Origin: Gordius albopunctatus
Lineage: Eukaryota
Assembly (NCBI GenBank): GCA_964276515.1
Contig: OZ193910.1
Span: 1,178,001 to 1,242,000, forward strand
Direction of reading: 5' to 3'
Length of the DNA: 64,000 bases
Shown: positions 40,440 to 54,063 of the stretch, in pieces
How positions within the stretch are numbered: the first letter of the stretch is position 1
Layout: the number at the start of each line of letters is the position of its first letter
Notes under the pieces: model-generated
Told to the model about the DNA's origin: nothing
The model's database searches: none
What the model saw: only the letters and a program-made list of their open reading frames with translations
Made by a program: the position numbers and the translations under genes

Positions 40440-42630
40440 GAGCCGAGGTATGTAAACCTGTCTACTTTTGGGTACTTTAGATGGTCATCCAGCGAGGGGC
40501 TGCCTGTAAAATTCATTTCCATTTATACTCTTTTTCGATCGTTGACCTTTAAACCATATCTGGCTAAGAGCTTTGACCACTTTTCGGCTTCTTTGCATAT
40601 TTTCTCCTTTGTTTTCTCGCATAGTACTATATCATCGGCATATAGCATACACCATGACGATGGCTTTTGAATGTCTCTCGTTATCATGCCTATAATTATA
40701 AAGAGACTTAAAGCAGATCCTGATATAACCCAATTTTCACTCCAAAGGGTTTAGAGTCTCCAACTATCGTCCTAACGCAATAGTTTGAGGTTTCATAAGT
40801 ATTTTCATAAGCCATATGTATGCGTCAGGGATATTTTGTTTTCTCAGGCACCACCATATTAAATCGCGGGGGACCGTGTCATAAGCTTTATACAAGTCGT
40901 TAAAAACCATATGTAGGTCTTTCCTTTTTTCACCATACTTATCCATCATTTGTCTTAGTGCGAAGATTGAGTCGATTGTGGATTTGCCGGCTACAAATCC
41001 GAATTGATTGGCCGATATTTCCACCTCGTTTTTCAGCTTGTTACTAATAAAAGTTACCAGACAATTTATGATAGACTACGTAAATGTTTTAAACAAACTT
41101 AAAAGCATAGATTAAACATAACCTTTCCATAAGCTTTAAGGAGTGGCATGTTATCTTGATACTTCGGTAATTGCCACAGTACTGAAGGTCTCCTATGCCT
41201 TTAAATAAGAATAAAATTGTGCTTGCTCTCCATTGATTAGGAATTCGCTCTTCTACCAATATCTTGTTAAGGAGGTTCGTCATGGTGGTGGCTCCTTCTT
41301 CCCGACATCCGAGCAATGCTTCCATAGGTATTCCATCTGGACCATTTGCTTTTCCTTTTTGTATCTTGTTAAATTGAGTCCTAACTTCTTCCTCCTGAAA
41401 AAGTTTGACCATACTTATGTTTGGCTGAATATAAAGAAAGGAATCTTTGTCATTTCCAATATACATAATTTCCTTAAAATATCTTTTCCATCACATAATT
41501 GCGATTGAATAAGTTTTGACTCTTCTCGTTTTTGACTATTTTAAGAACTCCGACATCGCGAATTTTTTTCTCCCTTATCTTGACCAATTAGTACATAAAC
41601 TTTTCGCTCTCTTTATTATCCAGTTTGTTTGCTATCTTGATTTACGCGGCATTCTTCGCTGACCGTTTTTGCGGCTCTCTTTGCCTCCCTATACTCTTAA
41701 AGATTCTCTACTTTATAGAATGATACCAACATCTATCAAGTTTTCTTCTTTTCAATAAAATCCCTAATCGATGGATCTCACCACCATTGTCCCATGTTAA
41801 AACCTTTGCCTCCTTCGATCTCTCCTAAAACCAGAATCGTTGTTTCTATTAAATCTACAGTTAGCTTTTCCCAATTCTCGTCTACTTTACGTGCCAACTT
41901 CTTGGCACCCAAAGACTTTCTGGTGGTATTTATCGTTCGTCGATGTCCTTTAGCATTTCGTATCTTTTCCTAAATATGTTGCAATCTTTGATCCATCATA
42001 AATCTTTGGATCGTATAAACAGATAGTCAATTTGACTATAATGCTTTTCACTTCTAGAGCTTACAATATAATCTTCGCTTGAAAATAAGTGTTATTATAT
42101 GTCATGTAGTATGCTTGAGATACATGAAGAAGTTTTCCCCATCCTTGCTCTTCAGGGCCTGCCCATAACAAAATTGACATCGCATACTGGGATGATCTTT
42201 TTCTTGGTATGCATTGGATTCCGTCCCAATAATTAGCTTTTCTTCTTGTCGTATCCCTAGTATCTCCTTTTCCAATAGATCTTAGAATATGTGTTTCTGT
42301 GAATCCATAACCCTATAGGGAGCACGAGCATACGCGTACAGAAGCCTCTTGATATAAAATCTTCATTCACATCAGATTGAATGATGACTTTCTCACCGCC
42401 TTGTCTTTGAACGATTTGCTAAGAACGATACCGACCCCGGTTTTTCTATGGTGACACACTGTAGAATAGTTATATCCTTCTTTTAAATCTCGAGCTTTGG
42501 TTACCTTCCATCTCGTATCTCTTTGGCAGGGGATGTGTACTTTTCTTAATTTTAGCAATTGTGCGAGGTCGGTGCTCTTTCCCGTCAACGGTCTTAAATT
42601 TCAGCACGTTATTCGATTCTTTCCACAACA
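40440..42630 (-). mobile_element. Decayed RTE-clade LINE (APE and RT fragments)
   Basis: Fragments TGKSTDLAQLLK...GVGIVL, KANGPDGIP, NQFGFVAGKST, KAYDTVP, homologous to 57145-59660. Confidence 0.9.
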
Positions 42631-42836
42631 TTTTATATTATAGAAAATTTAATAATTAGTAAAATTTAAATGTTCATTCATAAGCGGGATTAGGGTAGAT
42701 TTTATATTTATGTTTGAAAAAAGGTTACTTATCATTTATAAAACATTACCAATTATCCTATTATTACTCATACAATTTCGACTTTATTATTTAACTCTTG
42801 TAATTAGTTGCTCAACGCCAGCTGTATAAATTTGAA

Positions 42837-45807
42837 ATGATTTCTCTAAGAGTATGGGGTTCAGCATGGAATTGTCCATCAATTGATATTAACTCATTAT
42901 ACCTAATGGTTTTACCATTTGACAATACACTAATTTTTTATAGACATACTCCAGATTTTCTAACAAAGACATAGATTTTAACTCCAAAAATTTATCCATA
43001 ATCTCTCTTATATGTAAAATTTATCTCATATAAAATTATATTATTTAGATTCAATTCCTTATTTAAAATATGGCCAAAAGTTTTTATTTAATATATTGGA
43101 TATTATAGAACTACTCAGGAAAGAAGTAAACTAGATTATAATGTTTTTAATTCAATTTTAGAATTGTGATATTGATGCAGAGTTGCCTGAGGATATTAAG
43201 GCAGATGTATTTGCATACTCTTCTTATCTCCAAAAAAATCTATATCCAGGCATTGTAAGACTTGAGTTGTTTGAATATCTTTAACTTTAGATTTTTACTT
43301 TTTGGTTAGATGATGAAAATTGCAAAGAGTGCACTAGACCAGCCTATGCTGGATTTTTAAAATTTCCTTTTGGTATTTTTACACTCAGCCAGTTGTATTG
43401 GCATTATTACAACATCTTGAATGGGCTGCATCTTTCTGATAAATCACTTCAAGATAGTTCATCCAAATCCATAGTTAAGTGAATATAACCTTAATTTTTA
43501 ATTCTTTTTAGATATATGCAACTACCAAGAATTGTCTTAATTCAATATCTAACCTTTTGAATGCTAATCAATACCTATTTGGAACTAAAAAGTGACTCTT
43601 TAAACAATATCTTTTTTTGAAATTTTAGTTAATATTGAGATTATAAATAATATTTACTTTAATAACCTAGGCCAAGCAGTGCTGATGCCTTGATGTATGC
43701 ATATCTAGCACCTTTGTATTATGCCCCTTTAAAAAACACTGAATTGCAGGCTCATCTTAAAGCATGTCCAAATTTAATTAGTTTTATTGAAAATATAACC
43801 AAATCTTATTTTGACATAAATTATGCCAAAGGAGATCAAGGTAATGCTCAATTGGATTAATTCAATTATATTGCCACCTATACATAATGTTGTGTTTAAG
43901 TAAGGTCCATCGTAAGACGCGCACCTTACTGTAATGTTCTTTTTTTTAAACTAATTCCCTCCCCCATGGTCCTAAATGGTAGATAAAATTACTATGGGGC
44001 GAAGGCTCTTTTTTTATAGAATCGCCACATGTGCCATATTTTCTAGCTACATTAACCATCATATTGATGAAAGAAATAAGGCATGAGGGGGAGGGTGTAC
44101 TTTGACACACCTTGCTGATGACAATAACAACTCACTAGCATAGATCCAATGGTCCAACAGGGTTCTATCAAAAAATAATACACTAGTTGTCGGTTTGAAA
44201 TACTCCCACGCTGAATGTCTTCTCAGGAAAAGTAGACTAAGAATGTGGGTGTGGCTTATTAAAAATACAATACCACTTCAACAGAGGGCGCGCCCTTCAC
44301 AACACTAGCTATACCTAACCTAATAAAATTTAAATTTAACTAATCTTAAATCTCTAAGAGTATTTATGTTCATTTATATCTTTGTCTTTTATGCATTCCT
44401 ATTCTAGTTATTACCAAAAGTTTTATTTTTATAGAATAAGATATAAATGTAGATTAAACTATAAATATAATGCTTGTTTAAGCAAAGAAGATTTTTTTAA
44501 AAGGTACACGCAATGCATACACATAAAGCCCCCAAGATAATGTATGGAGAATTTGCTTTCACCCTTGAATTAATAAATGCATTTTACTATAATCATTTAC
44601 GTGTTAACTAAATCAAATCTCATCTTAGGTTATTATTATAAAAGAAAAGATTACATTTGTCATTTAAGATATCAAGGAGCATGGGCGTAACCAGGTTTTG
44701 AATTAGGGGTGGGGCAAAACATATTTTTTTCTAATTTTAAGTGTTTTTAGATTATATTTTTTTCCATTTAGGGGGCTACACCCATGTCGGAGCCTGCAAA
44801 ATTCTAAGGAAAATGTTCTAGCGATTTTGAGAAAATCATTACATTTATATAATAGTCCTTCCATAAATTAAGGCCATTTTGGTAATAATTTAATTTATAA
44901 TAATGTTATTTTCAGAGGAGAAATTTATTCTAACTACTTGCTAAACGCTATTTATGATAATATTATTTAAAATATTTTTATTTTTGGAATTATATTATAT
45001 ATCTAATAAAGAACCTAAGTAGTGATGTATAGGGCCCGATGCACCCTAAGGTCTGCTAAAGTAATATTAAGGTGTGCTTAAAAGTCTCCTTATCTTTTGA
45101 AGACACTCGATGTGGGTGTGTTGCAAACCGACCAGTAATATATTATTTTTACATGGAGACTCTGGTATACTATTAGATGTAAGTAGTCTTGTAAAAATGG
45201 CTGGGTTTTATTTGTTTGACCACCTCTGGTTCAACTACGACTAACGGTAATCTCTGGTCTCCTTTCTAAATTTCGACTAAGCCTAGTGGTCCACTAAACA
45301 TAAACAGACCAAAAAACTTTGGTTTGTTTATGTTTAGTGGACCAAACAAAACCCAGGTCTTTTTACAACTCTAGATATATGCAGGGGGGGTTAGCTAGTT
45401 ATTATTAGTGTTATAAAGTACCTGCGACTCCTCATGCATTATTTCATTCATCAATGTGATGGTGCTCTAAAATCAACAGCGATCGCCCCATAGTAATCTT
45501 AAACATTTAGGACCATGGGGGATGGAATTAGTAAAAAAGGGACCTTACACTAGGGAAGCGCATCTCACGATGGACTATTATAATGGTGATGGTACTTAGT
45601 CTGTTTACTCCTTTTGACAGCGCTGGTTTTAAATGACGCGCTCCAAACGACACTAAACATGTGTGATAAAGCTTTATTTTGTTTATAGAAAAGAAGAAAT
45701 CAACCTTCTCTCCTGATGATTGGCCAGGTAAGAGAAGAAACAAAATCTTATGGGCAATATTGAGCCTTACAGCAATGACTTCTTATGCTTTATATTCTGG
45801 TATATAA
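42837..45807 (+). CDS. MTX1: Metaxin-1/3-like mitochondrial outer-membrane protein, 8 exons
   Basis: MISLRVWGSAWNCPSIDINSLYLM-TYSRF...KADVFAY...TFWLDDEN...YLFGTKKPSSADALMYAYLAPL...HLKACPNL. Terminal TM exon 45689-45807 KRRNKILWAILSLTAMTSYALYSGI*. Confidence 0.9.
43902..44307 (-). mobile_element. Interspersed MITE-like repeat, with inverted copy at 46478-46920 and related copy at 45020-45655
   Basis: aaggtccatcgtaagacgcgcaccttactgtaatg... is the reverse complement of ...cattacagtaaggtgcgcgtcttacgatggacctt. Confidence 0.75.
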
Positions 45808-47352
45808 ATGTTAAAAAAAATTAAAAGATATTATTTTGTAAATTTATCATTTGATTTCTTTGGTTGGCCAATATTTGAATGTAATAGCTGATTAAATATC
45901 AATTAACTATTTATAATTTGCTGGGGATAGTGCTGAATGTTGCAAAACTTTTGGTTTTTTATCGTCTATCTATGATAAAACCTTTATTTACTGAGTTGTA
46001 ATTAAATGACGAAGTTTTAATATCCAGAATTTGAGATTGATTCCAGTGTTAATTACTTAAATATTTTTCCCATAAAGCTTATTACGTAAAAAGTACCGAC
46101 ATATGTTTGCGCTAATTCTTTGGTTTTTTTAATTTTATATTAGGTATTGTGAAAGTCAGAATAATTGACGAATACTGAACATCGCCTTCATTAAAATTTG
46201 GAAACTCCTAAGCTATTATAACTCGATTTACATTCATTTTGAGTTTCAATGTTTTTAGGTTTTCCAAAAGCTGTACTCAAATGTTTTAATAAATAATTTT
46301 GTCGTTCGTATCTAGATGGGATAAATCAGATATTTAATTAATTTTTTGATAAAAGAGGTTATTGATAAATATCTGATAATATGAAAAGAGCGTTATATAA
46401 CTAATAAAATTCATTCATCTTCCTCTTTTCAAAGAGGCCAGAAAAGATTTGAAATTAAAGTGTACGATTATGAGTATTGTTGTGAAGGGCCTGCTAGAGG
46501 GCGCGCCCTACGGTCTGCTGAGGTGGTTTTGTAGTCTTAATAAAAGAGCCGCACCCACATTGTTAGTCTCCTTTTCTTGTGAAGACATTCAGTGTGGGTG
46601 TGTTACAAACCGACCACTAGCTAGTCTATTATTTTTTCATAGAGACCCTGGATGGATGACCATCAGATATATGCTTAGGGGTGTTAGCTAGTTGTTATTG
46701 TCATCAAGACGGTGCGTCAAAGTACCCCCTCCCCCTCATGCCTTATTTGTTTCATCAATGAGATGGTTAATGTAACTAGAAAATATGGCACATGTGGCTG
46801 TGCTATGAAAATAAGAGCGCTCGCTTCATAGTAATTTTTTCCACCATTTAGGACCCTGGGGGAGAGAATTAGTTAAAAAAAAGAACATTACAGTAAGGTG
46901 CGCGTCTTACGATGGACCTTTAAAATGGTCAGGGTATTTAGTCTGTTTACTTCTTTTGACAGCGCTGGTCTAAAATGACTCGCTCTAACATAACACTACT
47001 TGACATTATGACGTACGCAATTCCTATATGAAAAACTAATTAGTGTTAATTTAAATACCACGCCAACACGGAATTAATATTTTTTGTAGAATTACAGAGA
47101 ATAATAAAATATATGTAATATTTGCGAGACAATAAAACTTATTTACAAAAATTGGTAAATGTTTTATCCAAAGAGTATTTCTAATTTTATTCGGATACTT
47201 CACGTGTCTTTTGTATTTTATAGTTAATTAAAAAAATGATCGTATTGAAGCAAGGGCGAAGGATTTACACTTGGCATTTATCGTTTGATGCAGTATACCT
47301 TCTTCCCTCCTCCAATGATCATGATATTAATTATTATTGCTGAGTGATATTA

Positions 47353-48130
47353 TTAATTGCTATGCAATTTATGGGCTCTTTTTTGGTTGTCCGTCCGTCC
47401 TGTCGAACTTGTAATTTTCCAATAATTTCTGTGATATATACGTGGTTTTAATGGCTGTGGACTTATGATCCTGTAAAAGACTTTTGTTTTGCTTTCGCAA
47501 ATAGACTAGCTAATGACCGCTGGTTGGCTTCAATTTTTTTTGACTCGCCCGAACCCAAATTCCACTATTGTTTTTGTGCTCGACTGAATACCTTCATTTA
47601 TGAATTCCCTTCTGCCATCTTGTCAGGTTGTTGTTATATAGAGGATAATCGCGAAACTGGCTAAATAATTCCCTGCAAATTAATGATGACCGTTGTCTAC
47701 ATCTAATTTGTCTAACCCCGACCAAAGGCCAAAATCTATTTTTATTTTTGTGATTGCAGGTTTTGGCATTTATGATATCTTAGCTTCAAACATACAATTT
47801 ACTAGTAAAAAATAAAAAAAATTTGGCTGAAAATGAATGATACCCGTTCCTCGGCCAGAGATCAAACATTTTCCCGGGTCTCACTTGATTCTTAATTTTT
47901 GTGACTTTTTTTATGCATTTTTGTTGGTGCGGGTGGCTAACCTTTAGGCCAAAAATGTATATATTGCTCTGACTCCCTGCTTCAAGTTTGACCATTGCCC
48001 CCTCCCTAGTGTTGTAAAAACGTACAACACTACCCCTCCTTTTTTATGTGCAGTTTTGACCCGTCCCTTCTTTCTCCCCCATAAAATGCAGAGCAAATGT
48101 GCCACGTTTATACGAAGTATGAATGAGTTT
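47353..48130 (+). mobile_element. DINE-1/Helentron-like element
   Basis: Starts ttaattgctatgcaatttatggg, then a (gtcc)n microsatellite. Degenerate inverted subTIR ccataaaatgcagagcaa near 48079. Confidence 0.6.
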
Positions 48131-48730
48131 GGTAGAAACAATACTCCAGCAGATCTAGCATCGGTTTACTTATCATATCATTATTCGGTATGAAAATGAT
48201 ATATAATATTTAAATAAAGCGTTTATATTATACCTTCTAATAAATTTCATTTACCTCTCAGCGTATTCATCCAAAATAATAGGTTGTCTCGCATTAAACA
48301 AATGAAATCAACATTACAACAACTATGTATACGCTCCCTAACATATCCTATATTAAAGTGGGAAGCGCCAATTGATTATAAAAAAATGGCGGAAAGGCGT
48401 AATAGTAAATGTAATAGAAGATTTATACATAGGCAAAATAACTCTTATTTATAGGGTGCATTAAGAATTTTTATTATGTTGTTGAAAGTCGCGATTGATA
48501 TATAAGGAGAAATCACATGGAATATTATCTATACTTATAAAGTAAATTTAGCTTTTGACTGATGCCCTAAACCAAAATCATTGGATAATTTTACAATTTT
48601 AACCTATTTAATCTGCAAGAGGACGTTACCCGTTAAAAACTTTCCTATGACCAAGTTTTCAAGCCCACTCGAACCCTTCCGTTTTCGCCGGTCCCTCTAT
48701 TAAGATTGAAATTCGATTTGATTGATAATA

Positions 48731-50067
48731 AAAAAAAGAAAACTCGGGCCTTCGGCCCTCGTGGGAAGGGGAAGGAAGGGGGAACTCATCTACACTCCGT
48801 ATAAATGTATCATATTTGCTATGCAATTTATGGAAATACTTACGTGAATATTGCAAAACGAAGGTTGGAAGCACTAAATAAGTGTATATGCCAAATATCA
48901 TAAAGGGGGAGAGAGGGAGCGAAGGGGAAGCTTTATGGTTAGTTAAATTCTACGGGAGTTGTATTACCAAAAAGTCATAATAGCAATGGTAGGAACAGGA
49001 ACAATCATAATAGTCAAAAAAAACGAAAAAATTTTCGAATCACATTTTGGCCAAAGGTCATTTTTTTCCATTGGTCAGCAGCCAGGACACGGTAAAAGTG
49101 GATATAAATTCATCAGTCAAAAAAAAACGAAAAAAAAATTTTCGAATCACATTTTGGCCAATGGTCATTTTATTCCATTGGTCAGCAGCCAGCGGACGGC
49201 CAAAAAGTCATAATAGCAATGGTAGGAACAGGAACAATCATAATATTCAAAAAAAACGAAAAAATAAACTCGGATACACATTTTGGCCAATGGTCATTTT
49301 TTTCATTGGTCAGCAGCCAGCGGACGGCCAAAAAGTCTTATTATCATTGATAGTAACAAGAACAATCATAAGAGTCAAAAAAAACTCCGGGATTCTAACC
49401 CAAAAACTAGATAAATTGCATAGCAATTATTAAAAAGTATAGGGTAATTATCAATGTTAACCTATTCAAAAACGAACAAAAAATTTTGATTTATTTGGCC
49501 AATGGTAATTTTTTTCAATTATCAATGTTAACTTATTCAAAAAGAAAAAACGAAAAATTAGGATTTATTTGGCCAATGTTCATTTTTTCATTGGTCAGTA
49601 GCCAGCGGACGGTCAAAAAGTCATATTATCAATGGTATTAACAAGAACAAAATATTAAATTAATTAAAAAAATAAAAATTTTGCCCTCTCCGGGATTCGA
49701 ACCCACATTAAATAGAGGCATAAGCCTTTGGAGGGGAACAGGGAACCATATAAATAGAGCCATAGGCCCTTGTAGGGGAGGGCATGGGGTAATTATCAAT
49801 GTTAAACTATTCAAAAACGAAAAATTAAAAATTTCGATTTATCTGGCCAGTGGTCATTTTTTCATTGGTCAGTAGCCTGCGGACGGTCAAAAAGTCATAT
49901 TATCAATGGTATTAACAAGAAAAAAATATTAATTTAATTAAAAAAAAAAAAAAATTTTGTCCTCTCCGGGTCTCGAACCCGCAACCTCCAGGTCGGGAAG
50001 CTGGTGTAAATAACTTGGTGGACGGACGGACAACCAAAAACGAGCCCATAAATTGCATAGCAATTAA
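48731..50067 (-). mobile_element. DINE-1/Helentron-like element with central tandem array (about 120-bp unit, 48968-49950)
   Basis: Perfect 18-bp subterminal inverted repeats at 48816-48833 and 50046-50063, (gtcc)n near the 5' end, 3' hairpin gggccgaaggccc (48746-48758) followed by a T-run. Confidence 0.7.
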
Positions 50068-50502
50068 AATGTAGGGTGTTTTACATGGGTGTAGCTAGCA
50101 TGAGAATAAGAGGGGGGGCAAAATGATCATTTTTAAAAAATTTAGCAATAATTTTAATAAATTTTAAGAATTTTTTGGATTTAGAGGGGTGCAGTCGCCA
50201 CTCCCCACCCCCCCTGGCTACACCCATGGTCCTGATCCTGATTCTAATGCTATTACATATAGGTATTTATAGACGTTTGAAAATGAATTATTGAAGGCGC
50301 TGTTGATAATACTACATGTGAGAAGTATATATTGTAGCTATTTTGCGACTATTATAGCTGATTGAGTTAATCAACACAACAATAGACAATGTCATCTGTG
50401 AAATCTTAAACAGAATTTTATCTTATAATCATCCTATTGTCGGCAAACATCTACTTTGAATTATTAGTTATTTGAAACTTTATATGCCAACGCTTTAAAA
50501 TG

Positions 50503-51278
50503 TCAGTTCGAATGTATGTAGGATAGGAAATATAGGCAAATCGTCACAACAACCATGAGATTGTGCTTCTTAAAAGTGGCTGCATTGCACAAATCTTCCG
50601 AACAACAATCCAGATTTTCGTCTTTGATGCATCTCTTTAAAAAAATATAGTTCAAAAAAATTGAAAAATTATATATATATTATGGTAACATGATGATTTA
50701 TGCAGTCATGAGTCTAGTCAGCATTGAAATTATTAGAGGGAGGAAATATTGATTTGGGGAAGGGCAAAATGATAATTTTTTGAAATTTTAGTCATAAGTT
50801 TAATAAATTGCAATCAATTTTTTATTTGGAGGGGGCCGACACCCCCCCCCCCCCGGCTAAACCCAGTGGGTATCAAGGTTATTTCTAATCAACATACTAT
50901 GATGTAAAGCAACTTATTAATATTTATATTAAGCATAGGGTATTCTTACTAAAGCAAGTCCTCTTGCTACTGTAAGAACTCGAGTATCTTCAAATTTATA
51001 GCAGACTCCATTACCTATATGTATCAAACACGAGTAAATTTGTCAACTTCAAAATAAAAGTTTCGTTTTAAGGTTTAACCTTCAACTATTCTGGCTTTTC
51101 TTTTAAAGGGTGTTTGACAAGTGCCCGTACCTTTTGAATACCGCTATTTAAATTAATCTTTGAATATTAAATCACTTTCGAATGATCCGCACTGGTAACA
51201 CCTAATAGACGCTAAGGGTCCACATAACTGGGCTAGGATAAGTGTGATAAAAGTTACCTTGAGATTTAAAATAATCAT
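50503..51278 (-). CDS. Ly6/uPAR (three-finger) protein with signal peptide and probable GPI signal, 4 exons
   Basis: Exons 51278-51176, 51130-51080, 51014-50950, 50634-50503 give MIILNLKVTFITLILAQLCGPLASIRCYQCGSFESTGTCQTPFKRKARIVEGNGVCYKFEDTRVLTVARGLALRCIKDENLDCCSEDLCNAATFKKHNLMVVVTICLYFLSYIHSN*, with the CYxC start and CCxxDLCN end. Confidence 0.8.
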
Positions 51279-51483
51279 GTGCTTTAATTACTTTACGATA
51301 TCTTAACATTCACAGATTTAAAAGTGATAATCGATTGTTGGCTTCGAATGCTTTAAAACGTTATCTTACTTCTTTAAGTCATTTCATAAATAATCTACGA
51401 GAGGTGCTATAGTTGAAAAGTTTATTTCATTTTAGTCGTAAATTACAGGCATAATATAATAACTTATAACATGCAATATGACA

Positions 51484-52178
51484 TTAATGAGCTTGGTCTA
51501 ACTCCAAAATCCATTCTTTAGTTTTTGCTCCATGCATACTTTAAAGCATAAATCTGGCCTGTAAGCGATCGCGAAATTGCACCTTGTGTAACAAGACCAC
51601 TCAAACTCATAAATGCATAGAGGAGATAGACAGGGCAATCTTTCATCTCCGCTCATGATCCAACCTACAACTATATATCGTTGAATTTCAGAAGATGATA
51701 TGCATTATTTAAGTAAATAAAAATATTTGTGAAATGAAATTTGTTTAAGATATTAACAACTTCTTAACATTTTTTAGTTTCAATCGTTCTTTGTATCTAT
51801 TGTTAAATTATCTGATGACATGGATTAGCGTATCCAGCATTGGAATTAGACGGGAATAATGATCTAGGGAGAGGCAAAATGATTATTTTTTGAAATTTTA
51901 GCCATAATTTTAATCCCCTTTCTCTCCTACTAGTGTGTGGGAGGGGAGTCAAGATGTTCAAACTTTTAGAGAAACTCTGTATATGTGTTTGCTGAATAGA
52001 ATGCATGAAATCACCAAGCGCATAGCCTAATATTGTTGTATTATGTTATAAACACTTATTTGTTAACTTTAATAGAACAAGAGGGATTTATTATTTTTCT
52101 AAAACCTTAAGTAAATGGTAACCTTTACCTTGAATGTATGTAAACTGTTTGCAAATACATAAAGGTCGAATTGATCAT
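51484..52178 (-). CDS. Hypothetical small cysteine-rich protein, 4 predicted exons
   Basis: Phase-consistent GT-AG model ending in exon 51664-51484, WIMSGDERLPCLSPLCIYEFEWSCYTRCNFAIAYRPDLCFKVCMEQKLKEWILELDQAH*. No family recognised. Confidence 0.35.
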
Positions 52179-54063
52179 AAAAGATTAATAACAGTCAAAT
52201 GAACGTCTAATTCCGTTTCTGTCAGTTGCTATATAAGGTTGTCTAGCAAAATTTTATAATCAAAATTAAGTGTTTAAAGAATTGTATTAAATATCAATCG
52301 TTTAAATTAAATGATTTACAAATATTGTGTAATTAAATATTTAATTCGTTCGAAATTGTAATCTAAAATTTTTTTAAGTAATGGGTGAATCGATCAGATT
52401 TAAACAAGAGTTAGACGTATAAAATTTTAAAATTCCGGTTTGGTCGGTTTGGATTTAAAGTGTGGGATCAAAGGTTATAAATCTTAAATTGCAAAATACA
52501 CAGGGCATATCTTTGAAATTATTGGAATGTAGTATAATATTTTTAATTAATATCGAAATGTATGATTGAAAAACATTCTCAGTTAATTAAATTACTTTTA
52601 TTTATTTAAATCTGATTGTTTTAATTTGGACGGAAATTTGAATTTGCCTCGTGAAAGGTAAAATATATCAACAAACTAATAACTTTAAATTGTAGTTAAA
52701 TAGTGTCAAGTGTTTAATTATTAATTAAAACAAAATATATATTGATAAACCAAAAGTAATTTTAAACTTATTAAATGGATCATTTGCAAAACTATATATT
52801 TCAAATTAATTGCGACCCGATATTGTGATTTCATATCATATGTATACCCCACTATAAAATACCAGTAATTGGGTAGCAATCAAAATCATTCAAAAAATTT
52901 AGTAATCAAAATCTGTGGTATCAATATATTCATAAATCGCACTTTTATTTGTCGATTAAATTTAACAGACCGCCATTTTTTCTTACTCTCGCGTCGGATA
53001 CAAATTTTAAATGCGTTTGGGAGGGATTCGGGTTGAAAAAATTTAAAATGCGTTCGGGTCGGGTTTGAAAAAAGTGAGTTTGCAGTTGTCTAGGGTAAGT
53101 TAAAGACATATCACATATACTAAGCTCTTTTTATATTACATTATATTTGTAGTATTATAAACTATTTGTATTATAATTAGACATATATGTGAACAAACAT
53201 TCTTTAATTAAAAAAAAGGAAAAAAAACTTATTGATTATAAATTAATTACCATGTTTGATATGGAATATATAAGTTAAATATATGCATTTTAGAAGACAT
53301 GTGGCGACCTGCATAGCAAAAAATTATGATTAGGGAGAATAAAAATGAGCCTGTTAAAATTGTCATTATTATGGAATTTGAAAAAATTAGTCATTTTCCT
53401 ACAACCTTGGACTTTAATGCTCCGCTTAGTTGAACAGGGAACTCGCCATTGGCCTTTCCTTTCATCATCTTGGCAATTATTAACAAGTTCAAATAAACTT
53501 AATACTTCAATGATTATTGGCTATTCTTTTCTAATATCTTGGCAATATAAAAGTCAGCTATCATTTAAAATGAATTAACAATAATTTTTAATTGAAGATT
53601 TATGTTTTAAAATGGTATTAATAAATTTTACTGCTTGAAGGGAAGGTGTATGTTTTAAGAATATTTAATTAGTCAAGTTTCCTTTAGTTTTGCTTATCTA
53701 ATAAACACCAATATAAAAAATTTACTTTTTTCAATTAAACATAAAAGGTAGCAAGAAAGTTATTTAAAATATAAAAGGAAATTTTTTTTAAATTAGACCA
53801 TTAAATAAGTTAAGTTTTTAGGCAAAGTACATTTGTTCATTAATTTTATTAACATTTTCTAAAATATTAATGTCTCCCTGTAAAGTTAATATGCCTTGCA
53901 CATCCAAATATAAGGAAAATATTTGTATCAATAAGCAAAATATTTTTTTAATTTACTCATTTAATAAATAAATATGCATGGAGTATATTATACGTCAATA
54001 AGAAGTTTTATGTTCATAAGTATAGTATACAGGAAAACTTAATATTTGTTGAAATCCATCGAG

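Noticed and set aside
48959..49950. Possible CRISPR-like array or repeat-protein ORFs
   Set aside because: The units are degenerate tandem copies without unique spacers, there are no cas genes, and they lie inside a eukaryotic TE. The ORFs are by-products of the repeat.
53290..53580. Overlapping open frames of about 76 codons on both strands
   Set aside because: No recognisable domain or linked exons.
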